Assembly (NCBI RefSeq): GCF_016433145.1
Contig: NC_058132.1
Span: forward strand, 27,104,158-27,168,157
Reading direction: 5' to 3'
DNA: 64,000 bases
Origin: Gracilinanus agilis
Taxonomy: Eukaryota
Positions 59,450 to 64,000 of this stretch are shown one piece after another; the stretch's first letter is position 1; every line of letters starts with the position of its first letter. Below the pieces are notes generated by a model. That model saw only the letters and a program-made list of their open reading frames with translations, was not told where the DNA came from and did not search any database. The position numbers and the translations under genes are program-made.

Positions 59450-61941
59450 TGTCTGAAATCAGTAGGGCACAGCATTGAAGTCACATGGGATCTTGGCATT
59501 TCCATGCTATAAGGGGGTGAAATAGCTCTCATTAAAAAGAGAGCTGATCAACCCCACCCCCCTAGAGTCCCAGAGAAAGCGCACAAGAGTTAGAGCAAGT
59601 GTGGTGCATTCACTAAGTCATTAAGTTTTTGGCATCTAATTGGGATCACCAGTGGCTTGCTCCTGAGAGCAGCAAGACTTAAGACCCCAATAGGCTAAAG
59701 AATGCAGACTTTGAGCACAGACCTTGAGCTCAGCCTTGGGTGTGGACCTAGAGCAGAGGGGTGACAGACTATGGAAGCAGCATTCAGACTCGTAAAGGTA
59801 CCTCAGGCAGAGGAGCAAGCAAGAGGACCACCAGGAAGCTTGACCCTGAGAACAGCTAGATTTGAGACCCCAGGAGCCTAAAGAGCTCATACCTTAGGCA
59901 CGAGGATAAAGCTGAGAGGGGCAGCATTGCACTGTGTCTCAGGCAAAAGTGCTCCACAACTCTATACACAGAGAGCCTGCCTGCCTGACCCAGACTTCTG
60001 AATGAGAAGGAAAAACCAAATTAATAATAGCAAGCAATGCCCAAGATCAAGCCAAGAGAAAAAACAAGAGGAAAGGATTAATATTCGATAACTTTTACAC
60101 GGAAAAAAATCCAGACAACATAGCAGACAGCAGAGGAGGAGAAACAAGTAATCACATCCAAACCTTCCATCTAAGATGAAAATTGTTCACAAGCTCTTGA
60201 GGAGCTCAAATATGAGATTATGAGAAAGATGGAAGAGATTTGGCAAGAAAAGTGGGAAATAGCTCAAAAGAAAATTAACAGGTTAAAAGACAGAAACTAC
60301 CGTTTGGAGAAAGATGCCCTCAAATCAAAACAATTGATAAGCAAATTGGAGACCAAAATTGAAAACTGGAAAACTGAATAAACCAAAGCAAAAAGGAAAA
60401 TCCAAAGATTATAGCAGAAAACCAGTCTCTAAAGACCAGAACTGGGCAAGTAGAAGCCAATGATCTTGCAAGAAAGCAAGAATTAATAAAGCAAAGTCAA
60501 AAGAGTTACAAAATAGAAGGAAACATGAAATATCTCACTGAGAGGATGACAGATCAAGAAAACAGGTCTAGAAGAGACAATTTGAGAATCATTGGTCTTC
60601 CTGAAAAATCAAAATTAACAGAAATTTAGACACTGTAGTACAAAAAATTATCCAAGAAAATTGCCCTGATGTTCTTCAACAAGAGGGCAATATAGACATT
60701 GAAAGGATCTATAGATCACCCTCTATACTAGACCCAGAAATGACAACCCCCCAGGAATATAATAGCCAAATTCAAGAGCTTCCAAGTTAAAGAAAAAATA
60801 TTACATAAAGCCAGAAAGAGACCATTCAGATATCAAGGAGCACCAATCAGGATCACACAGGATCTGGCAGCCTCCACATTAAAAGACCACAAGGTTTGGA
60901 ATATGATATTCAGAAAGGCAAGAGAACTGGTTCTACAACAAAGGATCACCTACCCATCAAAACTGATTCTATACTTCCAGGCGAAAGTATGAGCATTCAA
61001 CAAGATAGAAGATTTCCAAATATTTTCACAGAAAAGACCAAAACTAAATGGAAAGTTTGATATCCAACTACAAAAATCAAAAGAAACATGAAAAGTTAAA
61101 TATAAAAGAGAGGGAGAAAGAAACAAAACTTTTACTTTTAAATTTGCTTCTTTAAGGGCTTCAATAAGATCAAATAATTCGTATCTCTATATGGAGAAAT
61201 GTTATGTGTAATTCTCAAAAATTGTATTCACTATTATAGTAATTAGAAGAATTGTTCATAGGGAGAGATTGGAGTATTAAATGGTCTAAGACAGTGATGG
61301 GCAAACTTTTTAAAGAGGGGGTCAAAGGAATGGAAATGCTCATCAGTCAGTCTGTTTCTAAGGCAATTCTTTTGAAGTTTCATTGTATTGAATCCTACTC
61401 ATTGTATTTGTCAGATTAGGAATAATGTCTCTTCACTGGATAGAACATTTCAGGGAGCCTGCATCTGGTCTACAGACTGTAGTTTGCCCATCACTGGTCT
61501 AAGATGATACAGAAAAAAAGGGTGTATGGAATAGAAGATGGCACCAAGAGAATCCTGAAGGAATAAGAAAAATAAAACAATCTATACCAGAAAAAGAGGC
61601 CATGAGAAGGGAAGGGGGTGAATACTATTATAAGAAGGAGAGAAAGAGAACATTAATGAGAAATACTTAAACCTTACTCTCAGCAGAATTAATCCTGAGA
61701 GGGATGAGTAGCTATATCCATAGGGATATCAAATTCTATCTTACCCAAAAGAAAAAGTCAGAAGAGATAAACCAAGGAGGACAGTGCAGTGGGGAGTTCA
61801 AAAAGGGATTAGAAGAGTGGGGGGAGGGAATTCATTATGCCTTAAAAATAATAAGAGGGGAACAAAGAGAGATAGGATGGAAAGGGAAGTAAAATATGGG
61901 ATGGGATAAGTAGGGAATACAAAACTGATAATTATAATTCT
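59450..61941 (+). mobile_element. Marsupial L1 5'UTR, decayed ORF1 and inter-ORF spacer, ending at the first codons of ORF2
   Basis: ORF1 motifs ENRSRRDNLRIIGLPE (60558) and IRITQDLAASTLKDHKVWNMIFRKARE (about 60846); aaaactgataattataatt at 61921 resembles the start of the EN domain. Confidence 0.85.
61292..61496. mobile_element. hAT-superfamily MITE, 205 bp, inserted in L1
   Basis: Perfect 16-bp TIR CAGTGATGGGCAAACT and perfect 8-bp TSD GTCTAAGA at 61284-61291 and 61497-61504. Confidence 0.93.
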
Positions 61942-63289
61942 TGTAATAGGATTTTGCCATGCAAAATGGAGACCAGGATGAGTGACACCCAACAGTTTTA
62001 GAATTTAGAATTAAATCATATGTCATGAGGCAGGGGAAAAAGCAGTTATTACCAGAACTTTAAAACAGGGTAACTGGATCAAAACTCTCTCTCACTCCTG
62101 AGAAAGGGACCTGGATGGCTGGGTGGGTAGGCCAACCAAACATGCTCAGATTACTTGCATCCTCTTCCAATAGTTCTCACATCCACAATTTCTGGACGAA
62201 GTTATTCTTTAAACTAATTATTTGAACATCAAGGAAGAGCAATATCGTCACTCAATTATTTTTTTGTTTTTTGTTTTTTTAATTTTTTAGTAAAATTTTC
62301 CATGGTTAAAAAAAAAAAGAGTCTGTGCAGAAAAGAGCAAAATTTTACTGAAATTTGCCCCAAAGTATTTAACATATCATTAACATCCCAATTATATTGT
62401 GGCTTTTACCTTCCCTGGTGGGCAAAACAACTGAACCATAAAGACTGTTATATTGAATCTCTGGGAGCTTGAAGATCACCTTTGATTGACAAATAAGTCA
62501 GTTGGATGGAATGTTCCCAGGGAAGTCATGCGAGAGGCAGGAGGAGGGGCAGTTGAGAATCCTGAAGGGGTTCTGGGCCTTTGACCTGTGCTGAGGCGGG
62601 AGATCGGTGGATCCTGGTCTTGGAGTGAGAGGGTGCAAACATCTCTCTGCAAACGCTTCCTATACTTAAGATACTGTTCCAACCTGTACCTGACCACCAC
62701 CTTGGTGTCTACTGCCCCTAGATATTAAGAGTTACATCATCTAGATATCTAGGTTTCCCAGGGCCCAAGAGGGATCCGGGAAGTGGGCAAGAGACGAAGA
62801 AGAGGGTGGAATGGGTGGAAATAACTCAACTGTAAGGCTGAAGATCTATTGAAGAAGAAGTCAAAAATATCCCAGCAGTTTACCTACTCTGGTTTAGTCC
62901 TGGCCAGACTGAACCAGAGGGAAGCCACATTGATTCTTCATCTGCCAGCAGTTGAGATTTCATTAGTAATCATTAGAATAGGGTCTCCTATACCACAGTC
63001 CTTTACCCTTATCCTTCTTGTTTAATATAAAGTTTAAAGTACCTTCCTAAATCAGTTTCCAAGCTTGTTTTGGGAAGGGAGAAATCACAGTCAGAATACA
63101 AGGTGTTATCCTAGCTAAAGAGCCCAAATCAACATATCAATCAACCCCAGGTGGGTCCTGAAGGGATATACCTCTTAGACATGAAGGATCCTGCTTGGGC
63201 AACTGTTATAAGGGAGAAGGGTCATCTTATTTCTCTCTGTACATCAATTTACTACCTCAAATAGATCAAGAGACCTCCCATAATTATAA

Positions 63290-63870
63290 CAAGACCAAAG
63301 TAGACCATGGGTAAAGTGACAACAGTTCCTTGGAAACATGGGGCAAGAACTGCCTGATCAAATGACTCCTTCTTAGTAACTAAGCAAGATAAAAAGCATT
63401 CCTGAAAACCTCTCAGAGCCTATCCGTCACCAAAGCCATTTCATTGCTTTTCTCCTTCTCTCAATAGATCTTGCAACCTCACCACAGAGAGTGCCTGAGT
63501 CATTAATCCTTTGGCCTTCCTTAGGGTCTGTGCAAACTTTGACTGAAAGTTGCCCCAAGATATTGAACATGCCATTAGCATCCCATTTATGCTATACTTT
63601 GCTTCCCTTCTACAAGTGGGCAAACAGAGTGAACCATGGGTAAAGCCATACTGACCAAAGTGGACCATCAGTAAAATATCAGTGGAAACACAGGGCAACA
63701 ACTGCCCAAACAAACGATCCCGTCCTTAGTAACTAAGTAAGATAAAAAGCATTGCTGAAAGCCATCACCAAGTCAGTCCATCACCAGGCCATTCCACTGC
63801 CTTCTTCCCTCTTTCAATAAAACTTGCTTCCTCACCATGGAGATTGCCTGAGTCATTAATTCTTTGGACA
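63290..63870 (+). repeat. Tandem ~355-bp duplication, LTR-like
   Basis: cttagtaactaag.aagataaaaagcatt at 63372 and 63725; gcctgagtcattaat at 63493 and 63846; gaccaaagt.gaccat at 63293 and 63653. Confidence 0.8.
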
Positions 63871-64000
63871 AGACTCCAACTCATCCCCCATGTTAACTCT
63901 GCAGGTTCCCTACTGATGGTACACTTCCTGGGTTACTCTCCCTTCTCACCCCATTGAGACATGTCCCTCCGCTTTCTTTTTGAGGTGCTTTGTTTCCTAT

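Overview
Mammalian genomic DNA, almost certainly a didelphid marsupial and most likely Monodelphis domestica. That call rests on by-eye recognition of opossum-type SINEs, marsupial L1s and hAT MITEs. The window is syntenic with the human 19q13.2 block. From left to right: PPP1R14A/CPI-17 (minus strand; coding exons 1-3, last exon beyond the left edge); SPINT2/HAI-2 (plus; 7 coding exons, 264 aa, two intact Kunitz domains); a C19orf33/IMUP/H2RSP orthologue (plus; 4 exons, about 96 aa); and YIF1B (minus; 8 exons, 309 or 312 aa). I built all exons by hand from splice sites and phases, and the frames close. From about 37.7 kb to the end there is no recognisable gene (KCNK6, next in human, is absent). 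This part is a stack of L2, L1, LTR, SINE and hAT insertions with two assembly gaps and a few unexplained coding-like islands. Most notable: tandemly duplicated modules in the SPINT2 promoter (a 3x ~70-bp E-box+CCAAT unit and a 2x 52-bp NRF1+GC-box unit); phase compatibility allowing an in-frame, transmembrane-less SPINT2-C19orf33 read-through protein; four different hAT MITEs; a TSD-bounded L1 unit with ORF1 only; and a very tentative filovirus VP35-like decayed frame. Repeat family names and human comparisons come from memory, not database searches. Most repeat boundaries are approximate.
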